From Gemmatimonadales bacterium (GTDB lineage: Bacteria > Gemmatimonadota > Gemmatimonadetes > Gemmatimonadales > GWC2-71-9), in contig DAINRP010000001.1 in NCBI GenBank assembly GCA_036741755.1, positions 1 through 47,924 of the forward strand: a DNA stretch of 47,924 nt, written 5' to 3'. The notes beneath the pieces are model-generated. The model saw only the letters and a list, made by a program, of their open reading frames with translations. It searched no databases and had not been told where the DNA came from. The position numbers were made by a program, and so were the translations under genes. Positions 27,600 to 35,934 of the stretch are shown piece after piece (position 1 is the stretch's first letter; every line of letters begins with the position of its first letter).

Positions 27600-29315
27600 T
27601 TAGAAGAACACCGGCTCCCGATAGGTGCCGTAAACGCTTTCCATCACATGCCGGATCTCGAAGAGCGTACAATAGGCCCGGGCACAGTCGAGCATCGCGG
27701 GGATGACGTTTCGGCCCTCCGCGGCCGCCCGCCGCAATTCGGCCAGCCGCGCATCGACCAACGCCTGGTCGCGCGTGGCGCGGAGCGCCGCCATCCGCTC
27801 GCGCTGTACCCGCTCCGCCTCCTCACCCACCTTGAGGATGGTGACCGGTCCCTCGTCTGCTTCCACGCCTTCGTTCAGGCCGACGATCAGCCGCCGGCGC
27901 TGTTCGACCTCGGACTGGAAGCGGGAGGCCGACTCGGCGATCTGCCGCTGGAACCAGCCTCCCTCGATGGCGCGTACCACCCCGCCCTGGGCTTCGATCT
28001 CGGCGAAGAGCCCCGCCGCTTCGCGCTCCAGGCCGTCCGTCAGGGCCTCGACGTAGTAGGAGCCGCCCAGCGGATCGGCGACGTTCGGGACGCCGGTCTC
28101 GTAGGCGAGGATCTGCTGGGTGCGCAGCGCGATCCGCACCGATGCCTCGGTCGGCAGGGCGAGCGTTTCATCGAGGGCGTTGGTATGCAGCGACTGGGTC
28201 CCGCCGAGCACCGCGGCGAGGGCCTGATAGGCGACGCGCACGATGTTGTTGTACGGCTGCTGCGCGGTGAGCGAGACGCCCGCGGTCTGGCAGTGGAAGC
28301 GCATCTGGCAGCTGCGCGGCTTCGTGGCGCCGAACTTCTCGCGCATGGTGCGCGCCCAGATGCGCCGGGCCGCGCGCATCTTGGCGATCTCCTCGAAGAA
28401 GTCGTTGTGCACGTCCCAGAAGAACGACAGGCGCGGCGCGAAGCTGTCCACGTCGAGCCCGCGCGCGACACCATGCTCCACATAGCAGAAGCCGTTGGCC
28501 AGGGTGAACGCCAGTTCCTGCGCCGCGGTGGCGCCCGCCTCGCGAATGTGGTAGCCGGAGATCGAGATCGTGTTCCAGCTCGGCGTATGCTCCGCCGCCC
28601 ACTCGAAGAGATCGACGATCACCTTGAGCGCCGGTTCCACCGGGAAGATCCAGGCATGCTGGGCCATGTACTCTTTCAGCATGTCGTTCTGGATCGTGCC
28701 CTGCAGCTTGCTGATGTCCGCGCCCTGGCGTTCCGCCGCGGCGACGTAGAAACAGAACAGCATGGCGGCCGGGCCGTTGATGGTCATCGAGGTGGAGACC
28801 CGGTCGAGCGGGATCCCCGCGAAGAGATCCTCCATGTCGCGGAGGCTCGAGATCGCCACGCCGCACTTGCCGACCTCCCCCTCGGACCGCGGGTGGTCGG
28901 CGTCGTAGCCCATCAGCGTGGGAAAATCGAAGGCCACCGACAGGCCGGTCTGGCCGCGGGCGAGCAGAAACTTGTAGCGTTCGTTGGTGTCCTGGGCGGT
29001 CCCGAACCCCGCGAACTGGCGCATCGTCCAGAGGCGCCCGCGGTACATCGTCGGGTGAATGCCGCGAAGATAGGGATATTCCCCCGGCAGTCCCGAGGCT
29101 GTGAACTGATCGCCCCGCACATCAAGAGGGGTGTACACCGGGGCGACACTCCGCCCGGAGATCGTGGTGAAATCCGTATCCTCACGCCGGGGCAGCGCCG
29201 CCGCGCGCTCGCGCCAGGCGGCCACCTCGGCGCGGAGCTGATCCAGCTCTCGGGCCTGCGCAGCGAGGCGCTCTTCGGGCGAGCGAGAGGCGGGATCGGG
29301 CTTCGAGACGGTCAT
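27600..29315 (-). CDS. Cobalamin-dependent acyl-CoA mutase large (catalytic) subunit with an isobutyryl-CoA-mutase-like active-site signature
   Basis: Track ORF trimmed to MTVSKPDP (ATG at 29315, ATGA overlap with the meaB stop). Contains [70 protein letters not shown] and [18 protein letters not shown]. 571 aa, with no B12-binding domain. Confidence 0.9.
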   Translation of the reverse strand: MTVSKPDPASRSPEERLAAQARELDQLRAEVAAWRERAAALPRREDTDFTTISGRSVAPVYTPLDVRGDQFTASGLPGEYPYLRGIHPTMYRGRLWTMRQFAGFGTAQDTNERYKFLLARGQTGLSVAFDFPTLMGYDADHPRSEGEVGKCGVAISSLRDMEDLFAGIPLDRVSTSMTINGPAAMLFCFYVAAAERQGADISKLQGTIQNDMLKEYMAQHAWIFPVEPALKVIVDLFEWAAEHTPSWNTISISGYHIREAGATAAQELAFTLANGFCYVEHGVARGLDVDSFAPRLSFFWDVHNDFFEEIAKMRAARRIWARTMREKFGATKPRSCQMRFHCQTAGVSLTAQQPYNNIVRVAYQALAAVLGGTQSLHTNALDETLALPTEASVRIALRTQQILAYETGVPNVADPLGGSYYVEALTDGLEREAAGLFAEIEAQGGVVRAIEGGWFQRQIAESASRFQSEVEQRRRLIVGLNEGVEADEGPVTILKVGEEAERVQRERMAALRATRDQALVDARLAELRRAAAEGRNVIPAMLDCARAYCTLFEIRHVMESVYGTYREPVFF

Positions 29316-30343
29316 AGACGCGTTCCCTGCTTGAGTCCGTCCAGCACTTCGGCGGCCACTTCGTAGGGGCTCATCCGGCCGGCGGCCACATCGTCCATCC
29401 GATCGCGGATCATCTGCTCGACCCCGGTCTCCTGCCACACCCACTGCCGAGCGGTGCGATCAACCACCTCACGGGTGCGGTCGTGCAGCCGGCGCCGGCG
29501 CCGTTCCCCCAGTTGTCCGGCCCGGGACAGCATCTCGAAGTGCGCGTCAATCGCCGTCACCAGTTGGTCCACTCCCTCGCCCTTCGCCGCGACCGTGGCG
29601 AGCACCGGCTGCTTCCAGTTCGGCACCGGCGGCTCCTCCGTCCGGGGGGCAGCCGTCGCCGACGGGCCATGGTGGGCCCGGACATGCCGCATCGCGTTCC
29701 CGCTCCGGATGCCCAGCGTGATCTCGATCTCCTGCCGCAGCCGGTCGGCCCCCGGCCGGTCCGCCTTGTTCACCACGAAGATGTCGCCGATCTCCATGAT
29801 GCCGGACTTGAGTGTCTGGATGCCGTCGCCCGATTCGGGCACCAGGACCAGCACCGTTGTGTCGGTGCTTCTGGCGACGTCGAGCTCCGTCTGCCCCACG
29901 CCCACGGTCTCGACCAGAATCCGGTCGAACCCGCCGGCATCGAGCACATCGCAGACCTCGCGTGTGGTGGTGGCGAGCCCGCCCAGCGATCCGCGGGTCG
30001 CCATGGAGCGAATGAACACGCCGGGATCCAGCGCCACCGACTCCATGCGGATCCGGTCACCGAGAAGCGCCCCGCCGGTGAACGGACTGGTCGGATCCAC
30101 CGCCACCACGGCGACCGTCAGCCCTTGGGCCCGGTAGGCCTGAACCAGCCGCTCCGTCAGGGTGGACTTCCCCGCCCCGGGCGGCCCGGTAATACCGATA
30201 CGCCGGGCGTGACCCAGCGCGGGATGAATGGAGGAGAGGAGTTCCTCGAAACCGGGTCGGGCGTTCTCAACCAGCGAGATCGCGCGAGCGATCGCGGGCA
30301 CCTTCCTGGCCCGAAGGTCGGCCACGAGGGGGGCGAGTTGCAT
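29312..30343 (-). CDS. meaB: MeaB/ArgK-type G-protein chaperone for B12-dependent mutases
   Basis: [18 protein letters not shown] (P-loop), [21 protein letters not shown] and VVNKADR. It lies directly upstream of the mutase gene and overlaps it. Confidence 0.92.
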   Translation of the reverse strand: MQLAPLVADLRARKVPAIARAISLVENARPGFEELLSSIHPALGHARRIGITGPPGAGKSTLTERLVQAYRAQGLTVAVVAVDPTSPFTGGALLGDRIRMESVALDPGVFIRSMATRGSLGGLATTTREVCDVLDAGGFDRILVETVGVGQTELDVARSTDTTVLVLVPESGDGIQTLKSGIMEIGDIFVVNKADRPGADRLRQEIEITLGIRSGNAMRHVRAHHGPSATAAPRTEEPPVPNWKQPVLATVAAKGEGVDQLVTAIDAHFEMLSRAGQLGERRRRRLHDRTREVVDRTARQWVWQETGVEQMIRDRMDDVAAGRMSPYEVAAEVLDGLKQGTRL

Positions 30344-30457
30344 GGCTGTAACTTCGCATGGCGGAAGGGGCTACGCAACTTTTCGTTGCATCCTGCTCCG
30401 CCATCCGATCCGGGAAATCAGGGGCAAGCCGCCGACCCGGAGAGGGCGGGTCGGCAT

Positions 30458-31027
30458 TCAGTCCTGATCGTGGAGTTCCCGGCGCAGCAGACGGGTCACT
30501 CCCCACACGATGACTCCCCCCACGACCACCGCGCCCAGCAGCCACTGTTCCACCCGCTTCACTTCTCCGGTCAACGCGGTGGTGCCATGGCCGACCAGGT
30601 AGCCCAGGAGACTGAATCCCGTCGCGGCGAGTGCGCAGCCCAGACCGTCGATCAGGACGAAGCGCAACGGCGCGAGTCCGGCCTGCCCCCAGTAGAGCAT
30701 GCTGGCATTCCGGGTGCCGTAGATGACGCGGGCGACGAGCAGTTGCCAGGCGCCGAGCCGTCGGGTGAGCCGGACGATGCGGGGGCCGACGGCCCGGTAG
30801 AGCTTTGAGGCCTGGATGCGGGCGGTGTGCCGGCGTCCCATCCAGAACCACACCAGATCGCCGCCGAGGTTGCCGAAGGCGCCGGCGATCATGACGCCCG
30901 CGAGCGGCAGAATCCCGAGGTGGGCCAGTACGCCGCCGACGATCAGGCTCACATCCCCCTCGACCGTGGCCAGCAGAAACAGGGCGATCAGGCCGTACTG
31001 CGACAGGAAACTCTCGATCGAAGTCAT
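30458..31027 (-). CDS. DedA-family inner membrane protein
   Basis: Track ORF trimmed to MTSIESFLSQYGLIALFLLATVEGDVSLIVGGVLAHLG (ATGA overlap with the chrA stop). 189 aa, multi-TM, with a DedA/SNARE-associated pattern. Confidence 0.75.
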   Translation of the reverse strand: MTSIESFLSQYGLIALFLLATVEGDVSLIVGGVLAHLGILPLAGVMIAGAFGNLGGDLVWFWMGRRHTARIQASKLYRAVGPRIVRLTRRLGAWQLLVARVIYGTRNASMLYWGQAGLAPLRFVLIDGLGCALAATGFSLLGYLVGHGTTALTGEVKRVEQWLLGAVVVGGVIVWGVTRLLRRELHDQD

Positions 31028-32136
31028 GACAGCAATCCCCCGAGAACCAGTCCGCCGAGGACGATCCACCCCGGGTTCAGGGCGGTGCGGGCGAGGACGA
31101 GGAACGCCAGCGCGGCGATGCCCCACGTTGGGGGACCGGTCAGCGCCGTCGTCGCCAGATGCAGCGTCACCGACACCATCAACCCGAGCGCCGCCACATT
31201 CACCGCGTCCAGGAACGCGGCGCTCCAGGGCGATCGGCGCAGGCGCCCCACCAGGCGCGACGTCAGTGCCACGAACACAAATGAAGGCAGGAAGATACCG
31301 AGCGTGGCGATGAGGGCGCCGGTCCATCCCAGCACCAGATAGCCTACGAATGTCGCCGTTGAAAGGACCGGCCCGGGGGTGAACTGCCCGGCCGCGATGG
31401 CATCGACCAGTTGCGGACGGGTGAGCCAGTGGAGCCGCTCGACGAGACCACTCTCCAGGAAGGCGAACAGTACATAGCCGCTGCCGTAGAGAATGCTGCC
31501 GACCTTCAGGAAGAAGAGCCCGAGAGCGACAAGCGTCGGTTCGATCCCCCTCAGCACCGCGCCCCGGCCGAATCGCGGAACCCCGGCGATCCAGCAGGCG
31601 CCGAGGACTCCACCTCCTAGAAGCAGGAACAGTTCATTCCCGCCAAGTAATGAGGCGATCAGGACGAGCGAGCCGGCAATGCCGAGAACTCGCGATTTGA
31701 CCGCCGTCTTTCCGAGCCGCCAGATCGCCGAGATGATCACCGCGAGCACCGCGGCGCGCACCCCGGCGAGGGGACCCGCCATCGCCGGCAGGTCACCGAA
31801 GCGAACGTAGCTCCACGCAAGGAGACCGGTGATGAGCACGGCGGGGAGAATGAATGCGAAGCCTGCAACGAGGAGCCCCGCGCCGCCGGCGCGTCGCCAG
31901 CCGATGTGCATTGCGAGTTCGCTGGAGTTCGGGCCCGGGATCAGATTGGCCGCCCCCAGCAGGTCGAGGAATTCGGCGCGAGTGAGCCAGCCGCGGCGGG
32001 TGACAACCGCGTCCTCCATGAGTGCGATGTGCGCGGCCGGCCCGCCGAAGCTGGTTGCCCCCAGCCGAAGAAAGAGCGTGGCGAGCTCGGCGAGCGGGTT
32101 CGCGCGTTCATGAGCGGGGACGGGCCGCTGTACCAT
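31024..32136 (-). CDS. chrA: Chromate transporter (ChrA/CHR family, two-domain form)
   Basis: Trimmed to MVQRPV... Contains LFLRLGATSFGGPAAHIALMEDAVVTRRGWLTRAEFLDLLGAANLIPGPNS, and a second half with FLKVGSILYGSGYVLFAFLE...QFTPGPV. This is the duplicated CHR domain. Confidence 0.88.
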   Translation of the reverse strand: MVQRPVPAHERANPLAELATLFLRLGATSFGGPAAHIALMEDAVVTRRGWLTRAEFLDLLGAANLIPGPNSSELAMHIGWRRAGGAGLLVAGFAFILPAVLITGLLAWSYVRFGDLPAMAGPLAGVRAAVLAVIISAIWRLGKTAVKSRVLGIAGSLVLIASLLGGNELFLLLGGGVLGACWIAGVPRFGRGAVLRGIEPTLVALGLFFLKVGSILYGSGYVLFAFLESGLVERLHWLTRPQLVDAIAAGQFTPGPVLSTATFVGYLVLGWTGALIATLGIFLPSFVFVALTSRLVGRLRRSPWSAAFLDAVNVAALGLMVSVTLHLATTALTGPPTWGIAALAFLVLARTALNPGWIVLGGLVLGGLLS

Positions 32137-32198
32137 GTACGATTGACAGGGGTGGAAGACTCCGGAAGTATACTTCCCCCGTGTCCACTTCCCCGCCG

Positions 32199-33653
32199 AT
32201 GGGTCGGCTCGGCCTGCCACGACGACTGGCGCTAATCACCGCATTGCTCGCGGTCCTGCTGGTGGCAGGCGCCACCGAGGTCGGCCTGTCACTGGCCGAG
32301 CGCTCGCGGCTCGAGGACCTGCGGGCGGAATCCGTCGACCTCGCCAACACCCTCGCCGCCTATCTGACCCGCATCGCCCCGACCGGCGAACCCAGCGCGC
32401 TTAACGTCGGGATCGCCGGGTGGAGCCGGCGCCACATCACCGAGACGACCGCCATCGTGTTCGTGGCGGCCAGAAACACCCTGCGGCCCGCTGCCGCGAG
32501 CGACAGCACGGTGACCCGCGAGCCCGATGACCTGGACGCCGAGGCACTGGTGCGCCGGGTGACGGCCGTCCGATTCCGCGAGGAGCCGGAGCCGGCGTGG
32601 CAGGTCGTGGTACCGTTAGGCGGCCAGCGGGTCTACGGTGTGCTGGACGTGCAAGTCTCGACGGGACGTCTCGCAAGCTGGGCCAGGCTGGAGCGGAAGC
32701 GGGCGTACACCTTTGCGATCGGGGCCGCCCTGCTGCTCTCCGTCGGTGTCGGCCTGCTGACCAGCCGCTGGGTCGGCCTGCCACTCAAGTCGCTTACCCA
32801 GGCCATGGCTGGCGCCCACCAGGGGGCATCGGGGGCGCCCGAGGCGGCTGAGATCGGACCACCGGAATTTCGCGAGCTGGCTCGACGGTACAATGAGATG
32901 CGGACAGCGCTGGCACACCGGGAGCGGGAGAGCGCGTCGCGGGCGGCGCTGCTGTCACTGGAGGACCGCGCCAAGGCCTACGACCGGCTGGCGCAGGCCG
33001 AGGAGATCGCCGGCAGCTTTGCCCATGAGATCGGCACCCCGCTCAACACGATGAACGGGCATCTGCAACTGCTGCAAGAGGACATGCGGCAGGCCCACGA
33101 TGCGGGCGGCGAGGAACGGGTCGCGCTGCTGCTCTCCCAGGTGGAACGAGTCGCCAAGATCGTTCGCGGGGGGCTCACCCGCGGCAGCTGGCCCGCTCCG
33201 CGGCGGGTGCCGACCGACCTCCACGAGCTGGCGGCGCGCATGGTGCGCTTTCTGGAGCCCTCGCTGGACGAGGCTGGCGTCCTGGCGGAGCTGAAGCCCG
33301 GGACCGCCAGCGCGACCGCCGCCACCGACCCCGACCTGGTCGAACAGATCCTGCTCAATCTGCTCAAGAACGCCATCGAGGCGCTGCCCCGTGGTGGGAA
33401 GATCACCCTCTCGGCCGGCCAGGACGGGGCAGGAGCCTACATCGATGTCGCCGACGATGGCCCCGGGCTTCCGACCCAGGCCCGTAGCCAGCTGTTCCAG
33501 CCATTCGTCACTTCCAAGGGATCGTCGGGTACTGGTCTCGGACTTGCCGTTAGCCGGCGCCTCGCCCATGCGCTGGGCGGAGAGCTGGCCTACGTAGATT
33601 CCGAGAAAGGGACCTCATGGCGACTTACCCTGCCACCCGCAGACACGAGATGA
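32199..33653 (+). CDS. Sensor histidine kinase (two TM helices, extracytoplasmic sensor, HAMP, HisKA, HATPase_c)
   Basis: Trimmed to MGRLGLPRRLALITALLAVLLVAG. H-box is SFAHEIGTPLNTMNGHL, N-box is LLNLLKNAIEA, and the G-boxes are DDGPGL and GTGLGLAV. Confidence 0.88.
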   Translation: MGRLGLPRRLALITALLAVLLVAGATEVGLSLAERSRLEDLRAESVDLANTLAAYLTRIAPTGEPSALNVGIAGWSRRHITETTAIVFVAARNTLRPAAASDSTVTREPDDLDAEALVRRVTAVRFREEPEPAWQVVVPLGGQRVYGVLDVQVSTGRLASWARLERKRAYTFAIGAALLLSVGVGLLTSRWVGLPLKSLTQAMAGAHQGASGAPEAAEIGPPEFRELARRYNEMRTALAHRERESASRAALLSLEDRAKAYDRLAQAEEIAGSFAHEIGTPLNTMNGHLQLLQEDMRQAHDAGGEERVALLLSQVERVAKIVRGGLTRGSWPAPRRVPTDLHELAARMVRFLEPSLDEAGVLAELKPGTASATAATDPDLVEQILLNLLKNAIEALPRGGKITLSAGQDGAGAYIDVADDGPGLPTQARSQLFQPFVTSKGSSGTGLGLAVSRRLAHALGGELAYVDSEKGTSWRLTLPPADTR

Positions 33654-35080
33654 GCGCCCAGACCGGCCATGCACGACTGCTGCTCGTCGATGACGACGAG
33701 GCCGCCTGCCGCATGCTCGGCGAGGTGCTCGAGCGCGAGTCCTACACCGTGCATCGCGCCCTCTCGGTGAAGGATGCCCTCGCGATCTATGAGCGTGAGG
33801 GCCCGTTCGATGCGGTGCTCACCGATCTCCGCATGCCGGAGGCGAGCGGCCTCGATCTGCTCGCCGCCGTCCGGCAGCGCGCGCCGGAAGCGCTCGTCCT
33901 GGTCCTTACCGCGTTCGGCGACGCCGGGGCGGCGGCCGAGGCGATCCGGGCCGGCGCCTATGATTTCATCAGCAAACCGTATGACCTGACGGAGCTTCGC
34001 TCGACGCTCTCCCGCGCGCTGGAGCGGCGGGAACTGGCGACCGCACGACAGGAGAGCGCCGCCGCCACGCTCAAGCGCGACGGCCCCGCCCCGGTGGCCG
34101 AGAAGGGCGTGCTGGTCGGCCATAGCCCCGGCATCATCGCCGTCATGAAACAGGTGGCCCGGGTGGCTTCCACCCAGGCCTCGGTGCTCCTGCTCGGTGA
34201 CACCGGCACCGGCAAGGAACTGGTCGCGCGGACGATCCACCGGTTTTCGGATCGCGGCGACAAGCGCATGGTGGCGGTCAATTGTTCGGCGCTCGCCGAG
34301 GGTCTGCTCGAGAGCGAGCTCTTCGGCCACGTGAAGGGGGCGTTCACCGGCGCCGTCGGCAGCCGCCCCGGGCTTTTCCGCGAGGCCGACAAGGGCACCG
34401 CCTTCCTCGACGAGATCGGCGACATATCGCCGGGCCTGCAGGCCCGCCTGCTTCGGGTGCTGCAGGAGCAGGAAATCGTCCCGGTGGGTGCGGAGACCCC
34501 GATCAAGGTGGATGTCCGGATCATCGCGGCCACCCACCGCGACCTCGCGCAGATGGTTCGGGACAAGAAGTTCCGCGAGGACCTGTACTACCGGCTCAAC
34601 GTGGTCACCATCCAGCTGCCGCCGTTACGGGAGCGGCGCCAGGACATTCCGCTGCTGATCGATCACTTCCTGACGACGCTCGCTGCACGCCACGGCCGCG
34701 GCCCCGTGGCGATCGATCCGAAGGCGCAGGCGGCGCTGCTCGCCTGGGACTGGCCCGGAAACGTCCGGGAACTCGAGAACGTGCTCGAGCGGGCAATGGT
34801 GCTCGCCGAACTGGACGTCATTGGTCCGGAGCATCTGCCGGAGGCGATCCGTGCCGCTCTCCAGCCGCTACCGGCACCCGCCTCCGCCGCCCGGCCGGGA
34901 GAACTCCAGACGGACGAGGTGGAACTGGTGACCCTCGATGAACTCGACCGGCGCCACGTCTTTCGGGTGCTGGCCGCGATGAAAGGGAATCGCGAAGACT
35001 CGGCCCGTACACTCGGCATCTCCCGGCGCACCCTCACCCGCATGATTCAGCGCTGGCAGTGGAAGCCCGGCGCCGTCTAG
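33650..35080 (+). CDS. Sigma-54-dependent response regulator (NtrC family: REC, AAA+, HTH)
   Basis: ATGA overlap with the kinase stop. REC domain has LLLVDDD...DAVLTDLRMPE. AAA+ domain has LLLGDTGTGKELVAR, ESELFGHVKGAFTGA (GAFTGA loop) and WPGNVRELENV. The C-terminal HTH is ARTLGISRRTLTRMIQR. Confidence 0.93.
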   Translation: MSAQTGHARLLLVDDDEAACRMLGEVLERESYTVHRALSVKDALAIYEREGPFDAVLTDLRMPEASGLDLLAAVRQRAPEALVLVLTAFGDAGAAAEAIRAGAYDFISKPYDLTELRSTLSRALERRELATARQESAAATLKRDGPAPVAEKGVLVGHSPGIIAVMKQVARVASTQASVLLLGDTGTGKELVARTIHRFSDRGDKRMVAVNCSALAEGLLESELFGHVKGAFTGAVGSRPGLFREADKGTAFLDEIGDISPGLQARLLRVLQEQEIVPVGAETPIKVDVRIIAATHRDLAQMVRDKKFREDLYYRLNVVTIQLPPLRERRQDIPLLIDHFLTTLAARHGRGPVAIDPKAQAALLAWDWPGNVRELENVLERAMVLAELDVIGPEHLPEAIRAALQPLPAPASAARPGELQTDEVELVTLDELDRRHVFRVLAAMKGNREDSARTLGISRRTLTRMIQRWQWKPGAV

Positions 35081-35105
35081 CCTGACGGCAATGCCCGCCG
35101 GTCTC

Positions 35106-35142
35106 GAGGGATCCCCGCCTGGACCAAGGGCGGGGATCCCTC
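35106..35142. promoter_or_regulatory. Perfect 14-bp inverted repeat: either the terminator of the regulator gene or an upstream activator site for the downstream sigma-54 promoter
   Basis: gagggatccccgcc (35106..35119), a 9-nt spacer, then ggcggggatccctc (35129..35142). It lies 26 nt after the NtrC-type gene stop, and its centre is about 160 nt upstream of the -24 element. No U-tract follows. Confidence 0.45.
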
Positions 35143-35282
35143 AAGCGTTTCGGCCCACCACCCACGACAACTCGGCTCGCCACTCTGTCCCGCTCCGAGC
35201 CAGTCTGTCATCCTCCGCGCTAACCAGAGGGTTTCCGGGCCCGATTCCCGGCCGAAGTGCACCGTACCGTCACCAATTCTCC

Positions 35283-35298
35283 CGGCACACCGATTGCC
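35283..35298 (+). promoter_or_regulatory. Sigma-54 (-24/-12) promoter
   Basis: cGGCACaccgaTTGCc matches TGGCAC-N5-TTGC in every position except the first T, with exact GG-N10-GC spacing. It lies 70 nt upstream of the ComEA-like ATG and immediately downstream of a sigma-54 activator gene. Confidence 0.7.
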
Positions 35299-35367
35299 TT
35301 GGTGAGGTGGAGGAAAGTCTGGACCCAAAGCACCACGCAGATGCAGTTCACCGTTGCGGAGGATGTG

Positions 35368-35727
35368 ATGAAGCACCCGCTCTCGTTTGCTACTCTCGCG
35401 CTGCTCGGCCTGTTCACCGCTTCCGCCGTGCAGGCCCAGGCGGCCACGGCAGCGACCCCTGCCGCCAAGCCCAGCACGCAGCAGCCGGCCACCAAGCCGG
35501 CAGCCGCCACCACGGCGAAGCCGGTGATGAAAGCGCAATTGCTCGATCTGAACACGGCCACCCGTGATCAGCTGGTCGCCCTGCCCGGCATCGGGGAGAC
35601 CTACGCCGACGCGATCATCAAGGCCCGTCCGTTCCGGACCAAGGATGAACTCGTCGGCAAGAAGATCGTCCCGGCCTCGACGTACACCAAGATTCGCACG
35701 CTGGTGATCGCAAAGCACGGCAGGTAG
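35368..35727 (+). CDS. Secreted ComEA-like helix-hairpin-helix DNA-binding protein
   Basis: Trimmed to [25 protein letters not shown], with GGAGGA 4 nt upstream of the ATG. An Ala/Pro/Thr/Lys-rich linker is followed by [31 protein letters not shown] (HhH motif). Confidence 0.8.
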   Translation: MKHPLSFATLALLGLFTASAVQAQAATAATPAAKPSTQQPATKPAAATTAKPVMKAQLLDLNTATRDQLVALPGIGETYADAIIKARPFRTKDELVGKKIVPASTYTKIRTLVIAKHGR

Positions 35728-35794
35728 TCCAGGGTTCGCAGCAGGCCTCCCGCGGGGCGCACACGGCAACCTACCTCCCAAGTCCCGCGTTCAG

Positions 35795-35832
35795 CCGCCT
35801 GTCGGAGATGTCCCGGCAGGCGGTTTCCCCTT
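35795..35832 (+). terminator. Rho-independent terminator after the ComEA-like gene
   Basis: ccgcctgtcgg (35795..35805) pairs with ccggcaggcgg (35813..35823) with one mismatch. It is followed by tttcccctt. Confidence 0.6.
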
Positions 35833-35851
35833 CTGTCCATCCCTTTCCTTC

Positions 35852-35880
35852 TTGACGACGTGTGACTCGGGGCGTAAGCT
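35852..35880 (+). promoter_or_regulatory. Candidate sigma-70-type promoter for the TonB-dependent receptor gene
   Basis: TTGACG (35852..35857), a 17-nt spacer, then TAAGCT (35875..35880). It lies 55 nt upstream of the ATG at 35935, which is preceded by AGGAGGA. Confidence 0.35.
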
Positions 35881-35934
35881 GATCGCAGGCTGTTCCTGCC
35901 TGCCGGCCCGAACTCACGAACTCAGGAGGATTGG

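Noticed and set aside
30376-30392. Small hairpin gcaac-ttttc-gttgc upstream of meaB, considered as a possible operator.
   Set aside because: The stem is only 5 bp, there is no second copy, and no recognisable promoter context surrounds it. The evidence is too weak to call.
35833-35934. Possible cobalamin or other riboswitch upstream of the TonB-dependent receptor, considered because B12 enzymes occur in the window.
   Set aside because: The leader is only about 55-100 nt, I could not find a B12-box-like motif, and it is too short for known riboswitch aptamers.
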